The notes beneath the pieces are model-generated. The model made no database searches and was not told where the DNA came from. It saw nothing but the letters and a program-made list of their open reading frames with translations. The translations under genes were made by a program, and so were the position numbers. From NCBI RefSeq assembly GCF_009914755.1, contig NC_060948.1: a stretch of 64,000 nt of DNA. One strand, 5' to 3'. This document shows, one piece after another, positions 39,874 through 54,077 of the stretch (within the stretch, counting starts at the first letter, position 1; each line of letters starts with the position of its first letter). Source of the stretch: the human T2T-CHM13v2.0 reference genome, Homo sapiens.

Positions 39874-42800
39874 GGCCTGGAATAAAGTGGAATGCTACGG
39901 TCTCGAATGGAATAAAAATGTATGGAATGGAATGCAATGAAACGGAATCGAATATCATAGAATGTAATGGAATGCAAAAAAATGGAATCCAAAATCATTG
40001 ACTGGAAAGGCTGGGTGTCGAAAGGAATTGACTCCAATGGAATGGAATCGAATGGAATGGAAGTGAATAGAATCGAACTAAATCGAATGGAATGGAATTG
40101 ATAGGAACGGAATGGAAAGGAATGCAATGATTTGGCATGGAATGGAATCGAATGGCATCGAATGGAATGGAATGGAATGCAATGGAATGGAATGTATTAG
40201 AATGTAATGAACTTTAATGGAATGTACTCGAATGGATTCGACTGGAATGGAATGTTGTGGAAGTGAATGGACTCCAATGGAATGGATTCAAAAGGAATGG
40301 AATCGTACGGAATGGAATCTAATGGAATGGAATTAAATGGAAATGAATCAAATTGAATAGCACGGAATTGAATTGAATGGAATGGAATGCAATGGAATCT
40401 AATGAAACGGAAAGGAAAGGAATGGAATGGAATGGAATGGGCTGGAATGGAAAGGAATCGAAACGAATGGAATGGAATCGAACTGAAGAGACTGGAATGG
40501 AATGCACTGGAATGGAAGGGAGTGTAATGGAAGGTTCTCGAAAAAAATGGAATCGAATGGAATGGAATTGAATGGAACGGAATAGAGTCGAATGGAATTG
40601 AATGGAATGGAATGGACTAGAGTGAAATGGAATCGAACCACAAGGAATGGACAGGAATAGAATGGTCTCGAATTGAATGGAATCGTATGGAATGGCATCA
40701 AACGGAATGGAATGGACAGCCACGGAATGGAATGCACTCGAATGCAATGGAGTCGAAACTAATGGACTGGAATAGAATGGACTCGACTGGTACGGACTCC
40801 AATGGAATGGAATCGAATGGAAGGGAATCGAACGGAATGGACTCGAAGGGAAAAGACTGCAATGGAAAGGTCTCGAATGGAATGGAAATTAATGGAATGG
40901 AATGGAATCGAATGAAATGGAGTCAAAAGGAATGGAATCGAATGGCAAGAAATCGAATGTAATGGAATCGCAAGGAATTGATGTGAACGGAACGGAATGG
41001 AATGGAATCCAAAGGAATGGAATAGAATGGAATGGAATCGAATGGAAAGGACTCGAATGGAAATCACTCGAATAGAATGCAATTTAATAAAATAGGATCA
41101 AATGTAATGGAATGGAATGGAAAGGAATCGAAACGAAAGGAATGGAGACAGATGGAATGGAATGGAACAGAGAGCAATGGTATAGAATGGAATGGAATCA
41201 TCTGGAATGGAATTGAATGGAATGGAATAATATGAAATGGAATGGAATGGAATGGAATGGAATGCCCTTGAATTAAATGGACTGGAATGGAATGGACTCG
41301 AACAGAGTGGAATGGAAAGTGTTGAGATAGAATGGAATGGACTCCTTTGGAATGGTGTAGTATGCAATGCAATCGACTGGCAGGGAATCAAAAGGAATGT
41401 AATGGAATGGATTGGACTGGAATGCAATGGACTCGAATAGATTGCAAACGGAATGCAAAGGAATGGAATGGAATAGTATGGAATGGAATGGAAAGGAATG
41501 GAGTGGAATAGACTAGAGTGGAATGGAATGGACTGGAAAGCAATGGACTGGAATGGAACTTTCTTGAATGGACTGGAATCAAACGGAATGGAATGCAATG
41601 CAATCAAATGGCATGGAATAAAATAGAATGAAAGAGAATCAAATGGAATTGAATCGAATGGAATCGAATGGATTGGAAAGGAATAGAATGGAATGGAATG
41701 GAATTGACTCAAATGGAATGGACTAGAATGGAATGGATTCGAATGGAAGGCAAAGGAATGGAATCTATTGGAATGGACTGTAATGGAATGGAATGGAAGG
41801 GATTGGAATGGACTCGAATGGAATGGACTGCAATAGAAAGGATTCGAATGGAATGAAAAAGAATTGAATGGAATAGAACAGAATGGAATCAAATCGAATG
41901 AAATGGAATGGAATAGAAAGGAATGGAATGAAATGGAATGGAAAGGATTCGAATGGAATGCAATCGAATGGAATGGAATCGAACGGAATGGAATAAAATG
42001 GAAGAAAACAGGCAAGAAATGGAATCGAAATGAATGGAGTGTTATGGAACGGACTCAAAAGGAATTGAATGTAATAGAATGGAGTGGAGTGGACTCGAAT
42101 ATAATGGACTGGAATGGAATGAAATCACATGGAATGGGAACGAATGGAATGGAATGGAAAGGAATGGAATCGAATGGAAAGGAATCGAATGGAAAGGAAT
42201 CGAATGGAAGGGAATGAAATTGAATCAACAGGAATGGAAGGGAATAGAATAGACGGTAATGGAATGGACTCGAATAGAATGGACACGAATGCTCAAATTG
42301 AATGGACTAGAATGGAATGGAAACGAAAGGAATGTCATCGAATGGAATTGAATGGATTGGAATGAAATCGCATAGAATGGAGTGGAATCAAATGGAATTG
42401 AATCGAAAGGAAAGGAAGCGAATGGACTGAAATGAAATGGAATGGAATTGAATGGAAAGTAATGCAATGGAATAGAATGGAACGAAATTTCACGGAATGG
42501 AATCAAACTGAATGGAATCAAATCAATGGAATCAAATCAAATGGAATGGAAAGGAATTGAATGGAGTAGATTGGATTGGATGGGATTGGAATGAAATGTA
42601 CAGGAAAGGACTCGAATTTCATGAAACGGAATGGAATGAATTGGAACGGAATGGACTCGAATGGAATGGAATGTCATGGAATGGCATCAAATGGAATGGC
42701 ATCAAATGGAATGGAATCGAATGCAATGGAATGCTATGGAATGGAATGGAATGCATTGGAATGGAATGTCCTCTAATGGAATGGATTCGAGTGGAATGGA

Positions 42801-43447
42801 ATCGAATATAATGGAGTCGAATGAAATGGAATTGAAAGGAATGGGATCGAATACAATGGAATATACTGGAATGTAATGTAATGAACTCGAATGTAATTGA
42901 CTGGAATGGAATGTACATGAATGGAATGTAATCGAATGGAAAGTAATCCAATGGAATAGAATCTAATGCAATAAAATCGACTCAGATAGAGTAGAATGTA
43001 ATGGAATGGAGTGCAGTGCAATGCCATGGAATGGAATGGAATGCAATGGAATGGAATGGAATGGAATGGAATGGAATGGAATGGGATGGAATGGTATGGA
43101 ATGGATAGTAGTGGACTGGAGTGAAATGGACTGGAAAGGAATGGACTCAAATTGAAAGGGCTCGAAAGGAATGGAGTCAAATGGAATGGTCTGGAATGGA
43201 ATGAACACGAATGTAATGCAATCCAATAGAATGGAATCGAATGGCATGGAATATAAAGAAATGGAATCGAAGAGAATGGAAACAAATGGAATGGAATTGA
43301 ATGGAATGGAATTGAATGGAATGGGAACGAATGGAGTGAAATTGTATGCAGTAGAAGGGAATAGAATGGAATGCAAGCGAAAGGAAAGGAATGGATTGGA
43401 ATGGAATGGAATTCATTGGAATGGAAGGGAATGTAGTGTAATGGACA
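39874..43447 (+). repeat. DYZ1 unit 12 (3574 bp)
   Basis: HaeIII spacing; 15-bp tandem duplication at 42176-42205. Confidence 0.93.
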
Positions 43448-46400
43448 GGCCTGGAATAAAGTGGAATGCTACGGTCTCGAATGGAATAAAAATGTATGGA
43501 ATGGAATGCAATGAAACGGAATCGAATGTCATAGAATGTAATGGAATGCAAAAAAATGGAATCCAAAATCATTGACTGGAAAGGCTGGGTGTCGAAAGGA
43601 ATTGACTCCAATGGAATGGAATCGAATGGAGTGGAAGTGAATAGAATCGAACTAAATCGAATGGAATGGAATTGATAGGAACGGAATGGAAAGGAATGCA
43701 ATGATTTGGCACGGAATGGAATCGAATGGCATCGAATGGAATGGAATGGAATGCAATGGAATGGAACGTATTAGAATGTAATGAACTTTAATGGAATGTA
43801 CTCGAATGGATTCGACTGGAATGGAATGTTCTGGAAGTGAATGGACTCCAATGGAATGGATTCAAAAGGAATGGAATCGTACGGAATGGAATCTAATGGA
43901 ATGGAATTAAATGGAAATGAATCAAATTGAATAGCATGGAATTGAATTGAATGGAATCGAATGCAATGGAATCTAATGAAACGGAAAGGAAAGGAATGGA
44001 ATGGAATGGAATGGGCTGGAATGGAAAGGAATCAAAACGAATGGAATGGAATCGAACTGAAGAGACTGGAATGGAATGCACTGGAATGGAAGGGAGTGTA
44101 ATGGAAGGTTCTCGAAAAAAATGGAATCGAATGGAATGGAATTGAATGGAACGGAATAGAGTCGAATGGAATTGAATGGAATGGAATGGACTAGAGTGAA
44201 ATGGAATCGAACCACAAGGAATGGACAGGAATAGAATGGTCTCGAATTGAATGGAATCGTATGGAATGGCATCAAACGGAATGGAATGGACAGCCACGGA
44301 ATGGAATGCACTCGAATGCAATGGAGTCGAAACTAATGGACTGGAATAGAATGGACTCGACTGGTACGGACTCCAATGGAATGGAATCGAATGGAAGGGA
44401 ATCGAACGGAATGGACTCGAAGGGAAAAGACTGCAATGGAAAGGTCTCGAATGGAATGGAAACAAATGGAACGGAATGGAATCGAATGAAATGGAGTCAA
44501 AAGGAATGGAATCGAATGGCAAGAAATCGAATGTAATGGAATCGCAAGGAATTGATGTGAACGGAACGGAATGGAATGGAATCCAAAGGAATGGAATAGA
44601 ATGGAATGGAATCGAATGGAAAGGACTCGAATGGAAATCACTCGTATAGAATGCAATTTAATAAAATAGGACCAAATGTAATGGAATGGAATGGAAAGGA
44701 ATCGAAACGGAAGGAATGGAGACAGATGGAATGGAATGGAACAGAGAGCAATGGTATAGAATGGAATGGAATCATCTGGAATGGAATGGAATGGAATGGA
44801 ATGAAATGCCCTTGAATTAAATGGACTGGAATGGAATGGACTCGAACAGAGTGGAATGGAAAGTGTTGAGATAGAATGGAATGGACTCTTTTGGAATGGT
44901 CTAGTATGCAATGCAATCGACTGGCAGGGAATCAAAAGAATGTAATCGAATGGATTGGACTGGAATGCAATGGACTCGAATAGATTGCAAACGGAATGCA
45001 AAGGAATGGAATGGAATAGTATGGAATGGAATGGAAAGGAATGGAGTGGAATAGACTAGAGTGGAATGGAATGGACTGGAAAGAAATGGACTGGAATGGA
45101 ACTTTCTTGAATGGACTGGAATCAAACGGAATGGAATGCAATGCAATCAAATGGCATGGAATAAAATAGAATGAAAGAGAATCAAATGGAATTGAATCGA
45201 ATGGAATCGAATGGATTGGAAAGGAATAGAATGGAATGGAATGGAATGGACTCAAATGGAATGGACTAGAATGGAATGGATTCGAATGGAAGGCAAAGGA
45301 ATGGAATCTATTGGAATGGACTGTAATGGAATGGAATGGAAGGGATTGGAATGGACTCGAATGGAATGGACTGCAATTGAAAGGATTCGAATGGAATGAA
45401 AAAGAATTGAATGGAATAAAACAGAATGGAATGAAATCGAATGAAATGGAATGGAATAGAAAGGAATGGAATGAAATGGAATGGAAAGGATTCGAATGGA
45501 ATGCAATCGAATGGAATGGAATCGAACGGAATGGAATAAAATGGGAGAAAACTGGCAAGAAATGGAATCGAAATGAATGGAGTGTTATGGAACGGACTCA
45601 AAAGGAATTGAATGTAATAGAATGGAGTGGAGTGGACTCGAATATAATGGACTGGAATGGAATGAAATCACATGGAATGGGAACGAATGGAATGGAATGG
45701 AAAGGAATGGAATCGAATGGAAAGGAATCGAATGGAAGGGAATGAAATTGAATCAACAGGAATGGAAGGGAATAGAATAGACGGTAATGGAATGGACTCG
45801 AATAGAATGGACACGAATGCTCAAATTGAATGGACTCGAATGGAATGGAAACGAAAGGAATGTCATCGAATGGAATTGAATCGATTGGAATGAAATCGCA
45901 TAGAATGGAGTGGAATCAAATGGAATTGAATCGAAAGGAAAGGAAGCGAATGGACTGAAATGAAATGGAATGGAATTGAATGGAAAGTAATGCAATGGAA
46001 TAGAATGGAACGAAATTTCACGGAATGGAATCAAACTGAATGGAATCAAATCAATGGAATCAAATCAAATGGAATGGAAAGGAATTGAATGGAGTAGATT
46101 GGATTGGATGGGATTGGAATGAAATGTACTGGAAAGGACTCGAATTTCATGAAACGGAATGGAATGAATTGGAACGGAAAGGACTCGAATGGAATGGAAT
46201 GTCATGGAATGGCATCAAATGGAATGGCATCAAATGGAATGGAATCGAATGCAATGGAATGCTATGGAATGGAATGGAATGCATTGGAATGGAATGTCCC
46301 CTAATGGAATGGATTCGAGTGGAATGGAATCGAATATAATGGAGTCGAATGAAATGGAATTGAAAGGAATGGGATCGAATACAATGGAATATACTGGAAT

Positions 46401-46980
46401 GTAATGTAATGAACTCGAATGTAATTGACTGGAATGGAATGTACATGAATGGAATGTAATCGAATGGAAAGTAATCCAATGGAATAGAATCTAATGCAAT
46501 AAAACCGACTCAGATAGAGTAGAATGTAATGGAATGGAGTGCAGTGCAATGGAATGGAATGGAATGGAATGGAATGCAATTGAATGGAATGGAATGGAAT
46601 GGAATGGAATGGAATGGGATGGAATGGTATGGAATGGATAGTAATGGACTGGAGTGAAATGGACTGGAAAGGAATGGACTCAAATTGAAAGGGCTCGAAA
46701 GGAATGGAGTCAAATGGAAAGGTCTGGAATGGAATGAACACGAATGTAATGCAATCCAATAGAATGGAATCGAATGGCATGGAATATAAAGAAATGGATT
46801 CGAAGAGAATGGAAACAAATGGAATGGAATTGAATGGAATGGAATTGAATGGAATGGGAACGAATGGAGTGGAATTGTATGCAGTAGAAGGGAATAGAAA
46901 GGAATGCAAGCGAAAGGAAAGGAATGGATTGGAATGGAATGGAATTCATTGGAATGGAAGGGAATGTAGTGTAATGGACA
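43448..46980 (+). repeat. DYZ1 unit 13 (3533 bp, short variant)
   Basis: 30-bp deletion near 44790 plus a 1-bp deletion near 44938. Confidence 0.93.
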
Positions 46981-49900
46981 GGCCTGGAATAAAGTGGAAT
47001 GCTACGGTCTCGAATGGAATAAAAATGTATGGAATGGAATGCAATGAAACGGAATCGAATGTCATAGAATGTAATGGAATGCAACAAAATGGAATCCAAT
47101 ATCATTGACTGGAAAGGCTGGGTGTCGAAAGGAATTGACTCCAATGGAATGGAATCGAATGGAATGGAAGTGAATAGAATCGAACTAAATCGAATGGAAT
47201 GGAATTGATAGGAACGGAATGGAAAGGAATGCAATGATTTGGCATGGAATCGAATCGAATGGCATCGAATGGAATGGAATGGAATGCAATGGAATGGAAT
47301 GTATTAGAATGGAATGAACTTTAATGGAATGTACTCGAATGGATTCGACTGGAATGGAATGTTCTGGAAGTGAATGGACTCCAATGGAATGGATTCAAAA
47401 GGAATGGAATCGTACGGAATGGAATCTAATGGAATGGAATTAAATGGAAATGAATCAAATTGAATAGCACGGAATTGAATTGAATGGAATGGAATGCAAT
47501 GGAATCTAATGAAACGGAAAGGAAAGGAATGGAATGGAATGGAATGGGCTGGAATGGAAAGGAATCGAAACGAATGGAATGGAATCGAACTGAAGAGACT
47601 GGAATGGAATGCACTGGAATGGAAGGGAGTGTAATGGAAGGTTCTCGAAAAAAATGGAATCGAATGGAATGGAATTGAATGGAACGGAATAGAGTCGAAT
47701 GGAATTGAATGGAATGGAATGGACTAGAGTGAAATGGAATCGAACCACAAGGAATGGACAGGAATAGAATGGTCTCGAATTGAATGGAATCGTATGGAAT
47801 GGCATCAAACGGAATGGAATGGACAGCCACGGAATGGAATGCACTCGAATGCAATGGAGTCGAAACTAATGGACTGGAATAGAATGGACTCGACTGGTAC
47901 GGACTCCAATGGAATGGAATCGAATGGAAGGGAATCGAACGGAATGGACGCGAAGGGAAAAGACTGCAATGGAAAGGTCTCGAATGGAATGGAAATTAAT
48001 GGAATCGAATGGAATCGAATGAAATGGAGTCAAAAGGAATGGAATCGAATGGCAAGAAATCGAATGTAATGGAATCGCAAGGAATTGATGTGAACGGAAC
48101 GGAATGGAATGGAATCCAAAGGAATGGAATAGAATGGAATGGAATCGAATGGAAAGGACTCGAATGGAAATCACTCGAATAGAATGCAATTTAATAAAAT
48201 AGGATCAAATGTAATGGAATGGAATGGAAAGGAATCGAAACGAAAGGAATGGAGACAGATGGAATGGAATGGAACAGAGAGCAATGGTATAGAATGGAAT
48301 GGAATCATCTGGAATGGAATTGAATGGAATGGAATAATATGAAATGGAATGGAATGGAATGGAATGGAATGCCCTTGAATTAAATGGACTGGAATGGAAT
48401 GGACTCGAACAGAGTGGAATGGAAAGTGTTGAGATAGAATGGAATGGACTCCTTTGGAATGGTCTAGTATGCAATGCAATCGACTGGCAGGGAATCAAAA
48501 GGAATGTAATCGAATGGATTGGACTGGAATGCAATGGACTCGAATAGATTGGAAACGGGATGCAAAGGAATGGAATGGAATAGTATGGAATGGAATGGAA
48601 AGGAATGGAGTGGAATAGACTAGAGTGGAATGGAATGGACTGGAAAGCAATGGACTGGAATGGAACTTTCTTGAATGGACTGGAATCAAACGGAATGGAA
48701 TGCAATGCAATCAAATGGCATGGAATAAAATAGAATGAAAGAGAATCAAATGGAATTGAATCGAATGGAATCGAATGGATTGGAAAGGAATAGAATGGAA
48801 TGGAATGGAATTGACTCAAATGGAATGGACTAGAATGGAATGGATTCGAATGGAAGGCAAAGGAATGGAATCTATTGGAATGGACTGTAATGGAATGGAA
48901 TGGAAGGGATTGGAATGGACTCGAATGCAATGGACTGCAATAGAAAGGATTCGAATGGAATGAAAAAGAATTGAATGGAATAGAACAGAATGGAATCAAA
49001 TCGAATGAAATGGAATGGAATAGAAAGGAATGGAATGAAATGGAATGGAAAGGATTCGAATGGAATGCAATCGAATGGAATGGAATCGAACGGAATGGAA
49101 TAAAATGGAAGAAAACTGGCAAGAAATGGAATCGAAATGAATGGAGTGTTATGGAACGGACTCAAAAGGAATTGAATGTAATAGAATGGAGTGGAGTGGA
49201 CTCGAATATAATGGACTGGAATGGAATGAAATCACATGGAATGGGAACGAATGGAATGGAATGGAAAGGAATGGAATCGAATGGAAAGGAATCGAATGGA
49301 AGGGAATGAAATTGAATCAACAGGAATGGAAGGGAATAGAATAGACGGCAATGGAATGGACTCGAATAGAATGGACAGGAATGCTCAAATTGAATGGACT
49401 CGAATGGAATGGAAACGAAAGGAATGTCATCGAATGGAATTGAATCGATTGGAATGAAATCGTATAGAATGGGGTGGAATCAAATGGAATTGAATCGAAA
49501 GGAAAGGAAGCAAATGGACTGAAATGAAATGGAATGGAATTGAATGGAAAGTTATGTAATGGAATAGAATGGAACGAAATTTCACGGAATGGAATCAAAC
49601 TGAATGGAATCAAATCAATGGAATCAAATCAAATGGAATGGATAGGAATTGAATGGAGTAGATTGGATTGGATGGGATTGGAATGAAATGTACTGGAAAG
49701 GACTCGAATTTCATGAAACGGAATGGAATGAATTGGAACGGAACGGACTGGAATGGAGTGGAATGTCATGGAATGGCAACAAATGGAATGGCATCAAATG
49801 GAATGGAATCGAATGCAATGGAATGCTATGGAATGGAATGGAATGCATTGGAATGGAATGTCCTCTAATGGAATGGATTCGAGTGGAATGGAATCGAATA

Positions 49901-50544
49901 TAATGGAGTCGAATGAAATGGAATTGAAAGGAATGGGATCGAATAAAATGGAATATACTGGAATGTAATGTAATGAACTCGAATGTAATTGACTGGAATG
50001 GAATGTACATGAATGGAATGTAATCGAATGGAAAGTAATCCAATGGAATAGAATCTAATGCAATAAAATCGACTCAGATAGAGTAGAATGTAATGGAATG
50101 GAGTGCAGTGCAATGGAATGGAAAGGAATGGAATGCAATGGAATGGAATGGAATGGAATGGAATGGAATGGAATGGAATGGAATGGAATGGTGTGGAATG
50201 GATAGTAATGGACTGGAGTGAAATGGACTGGAAAGGAATGGACTCAAATTGAAAGGGCTCGAAAGGAATGGAGTCAAATGGAATGGTCTGGAATGGAATG
50301 AACACGAATGTAATGCAATCCAATAGAATGGAATCGAATGGCATGGAATATAAAGAAATGGAATCGAAGAGAATGGAAACAAATGGAATGGAATTGAGTG
50401 GAATGGAATTGAATGGAATGGGAACGAATGGAGTGAAATTGTATGCAGTAGAAGAGAATAGAATGGAATGCAAGCGAAAGGAAAGGAATGGATTGGAATG
50501 GAATGGAATTCATTGGAATGGAAGGGAATGTAGTGTAATGGACA
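46981..50544 (+). repeat. DYZ1 unit 14 (3564 bp)
   Basis: HaeIII spacing. Confidence 0.93.
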
Positions 50545-53500
50545 GGCCTGGAATAAAGTGGAATGCTACGGTCTCGAATGGAATAAAAATGTATGGAATG
50601 GAATGCAATGAAACGGAATCGAATGTCATAGAATGTAATGGAATGCAAAAAAATGGAATCCAAAATCATTGACTGGAAAGGCAGGGTGTCGAAAGGAATT
50701 GACTCCAATGGAATGGAATCGAATGGAATGGAAGTGAATAGAATCGAACTAAATCGAATGGAATGGAATTGATAGGAACGGAATGGAAAGGAATGCAATG
50801 ATTTGGCATGGAATGGAATCGAATGGCATCGAATGGAATGGAATGGAATGCAATGAAATGGAATGTATTAGAATGTAATGAACTTTAATGGAATGTACTC
50901 GAATGGATTCGACTGGAATGGAATGTTCTGGAAGTGAATGGACTCCAATGGAATGGATTCAAAAGGAATGGAATCGTACGGAATGGAATCTAATGGAATG
51001 GAATTAAATGGAAATGAATCAAATTGAATAGCACGGAATTGAATTGAATGAAATGGGATGCAATGGAATCTAATGAAACGGAAATGAAAGGAATGGAATG
51101 GAATGGAATGGGCTGGAATGGAAAGGAATCGAAACGAATGGAATGGAATCGAACTGAAGAGACTGGAATGGAATGCACTGGAATGGAAGGGAGTGTAATG
51201 GAAGGTTCTCGAAAAAAATGGAATCGAATGGAATGGAATTGAATGGAACGGAATAGAGTCGAATGGAATTGAATGGAATGGAATGGACTAGAGTGAAATG
51301 GAATCGAACCACAAGGAATGGACTGGAATAGAATGGTCTCGAATTGAATGGAATCGTATGGAATGGCATCAAACGGAATGGAATGGACAGCCACGGAATG
51401 GAATGCACTCGAATGCAATGGAGTCGAAACTAATGGACTGGAATAGAATGGACTCGACTGGTACGGACTCCAATGGAATGGAATCGAATGGAAGGGAATC
51501 GAACGGAATGGACTCGAAGGGAAAAGACTGCAATGGAAAGGTCTCGAATGGAATGGAAATTAATGGAATGGAATGGAATCGAATGAAATGGAGTCAAAAG
51601 GAATGGAATCGAATGGCAAGAAATCGAATGTAATGGAATCGCAAGGAATTGATGTGAACGGAACGGAATGGAATGGAATCCAAAGGAATGGAATAGAATG
51701 GAATGGAATCGAATGGAAAGGACTCGAATGGAAATCACTCGTATAGAATGCAATTTAATAAAATAGGACCAAATGTAATGGAATGGAATGGAAAGGAATC
51801 GAAACGGAAGGAATGGAGACAGATGGAATGGAATGGAACAGAGAGCAATGGTATAGAATGGAATGGAATCATCTGGAATGGAATGGAATGGAATGGAATG
51901 AAATGCCCTTGAATTAAATGGACTGGAATGGAATGGACTCGAACAGAGTGGAATGGAAAGTGTTGAGATAGAATGGAATGGACTCTTTTGGAATGGTCTA
52001 GTATGCAATGCAATCGACTGGCAGGGAATCAAAAGAATGTAATCGAATGGATTGGACTGGAATGCAATGGACTCGAATAGATTGCAAACGGAATGCAAAG
52101 GAATGGAATGGAATAGTATGGAATGGAATGGAAAGGAATGGAGTGGAATAGACTAGAGTGGAATGGAATGGACTGGAAAGAAATGGACTGGAATGGAACT
52201 TTCTTGAATGGACTGGAATCAAACGGAATGGAATGCAATGCAATCAAATGGCATGGAATAAAATAGAATGAAAGAGAATCAAATGGAATTGAATCGAATG
52301 GAATCGAATGGATTGGAAAGGAATAGAATGGAATGGAATGGAATGGACTCAAATGGAATGGACTAGAATGGAATGGATTCGAATGGAAGGCAAAGGAATG
52401 GAATCTATTGGAATGGACTGTAATGGAATGGAATGGAAGGGATTGGAATGGACTCGAATGGAATGGACTGCAATTGAAAGGATTCGAATGGAATGAAAAA
52501 GAATTGAATGGAATAAAACAGAATGGAATGAAATCGAATGAAATGGAATGGAATAGAAAGGAATGGAATGAAATGGAATGGAAAGGATTCGAATGGAATG
52601 CAATCGAATGGAATGGAATCGAACGGAATGGAATAAAATGGGAGAAAACTGGCAAGAAATGGAATCGAAATGAATGGAGTGTTATGGAACGGACTCAAAA
52701 GGAATTGAATGTAATAGAATGGAGTGGAGTGGACTCGAATATAATGGACTGGAATGGAATGAAATCACATGGAATGGGAACGAATGGAATGGAATGGAAA
52801 GGAATGGAATCGAATGGAAAGGAATCGAATGGAAGGGAATGAAATTGAATCAACAGGAATGGAAGGGAATAGAATAGACGGTAATGGAATGGACTCGAAT
52901 AGAATGGACACGAATGCTCAAATTGAATGGACTCGAATGGAATGGAAACGAAAGGAATGTCATCGAATGGAATTGAATCGATTGGAATGAAATCGCATAG
53001 AATGGAGTGGAATCAAATGGAATTGAATCGAAAGGAAAGGAAGCGAATGGACTGAAATGAAATGGAATGGAATTGAATGGAAAGTAATGCAATGGAATAG
53101 AATGGAACGAAATTTCACGGAATGGAATCAAACTGAATGGAATCAAATCAATGGAATCAAATCAAATGGAATGGAAAGGAATTGAATGGAGTAGATTGGA
53201 TTGGATGGGATTGGAATGAAATGTACTGGAAAGGACTCGAATTTCATGAAACGGAATGGAATGAATTGGAACGGAAAGGACTCGAATGGAATGGAATGTC
53301 ATGGAATGGCATCAAATGGAATGGCATCAAATGGAATGGAATCGAATGCAATGGAATGCTATGGAATGGAATGGAATGCATTGGAATGGAATGTCCCCTA
53401 ATGGAATGGATTCGAGTGGAATGGAATCGAATATAATGGAGTCGAATGAAATGGAATTGAAAGGAATGGGATCGAATACAATGGAATATACTGGAATGTA

Positions 53501-54077
53501 ATGTAATGAACTCGAATGTAATTGACTGGAATGGAATGTACATGAATGGAATGTAATCGAATGGAAAGTAATCCAATGGAATAGAATCTAATGCAATAAA
53601 ACCGACTCAGATAGAGTAGAATGTAATGGAATGGAGTGCAGTGCAATGGAATGGAATGGAATGGAATGGAATGCAATTGAATGGAATGGAATGGAATGGA
53701 ATGGAATGGAATGGGATGGAATGGTATGGAATGGATAGTAATGGACTGGAGTGAAATGGACTGGAAAGGAATGGACTCAAATTGAAAGGGCTCGAAAGGA
53801 ATGGAGTCAAATGGAAAGGTCTGGAATGGAATGAACACGAATGTAATGCAATCCAATAGAATGGAATCGAATGGCATGGAATATAAAGAAATGGATTCGA
53901 AGAGAATGGAAACAAATGGAATGGAATTGAATGGAATGGAATTGAATGGAATGGGAACGAATGGAGTGGAATTGTATGCAGTAGAAGGGAATAGAAAGGA
54001 ATGCAAGCGAAAGGAAAGGAATGGATTGGAATGGAATGGAATTCATTGGAATGGAAGGGAATGTAGTGTAATGGACA
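50545..54077 (+). repeat. DYZ1 unit 15 (3533 bp, short variant)
   Basis: Same 30-bp and 1-bp deletions as unit 13. Confidence 0.93.
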
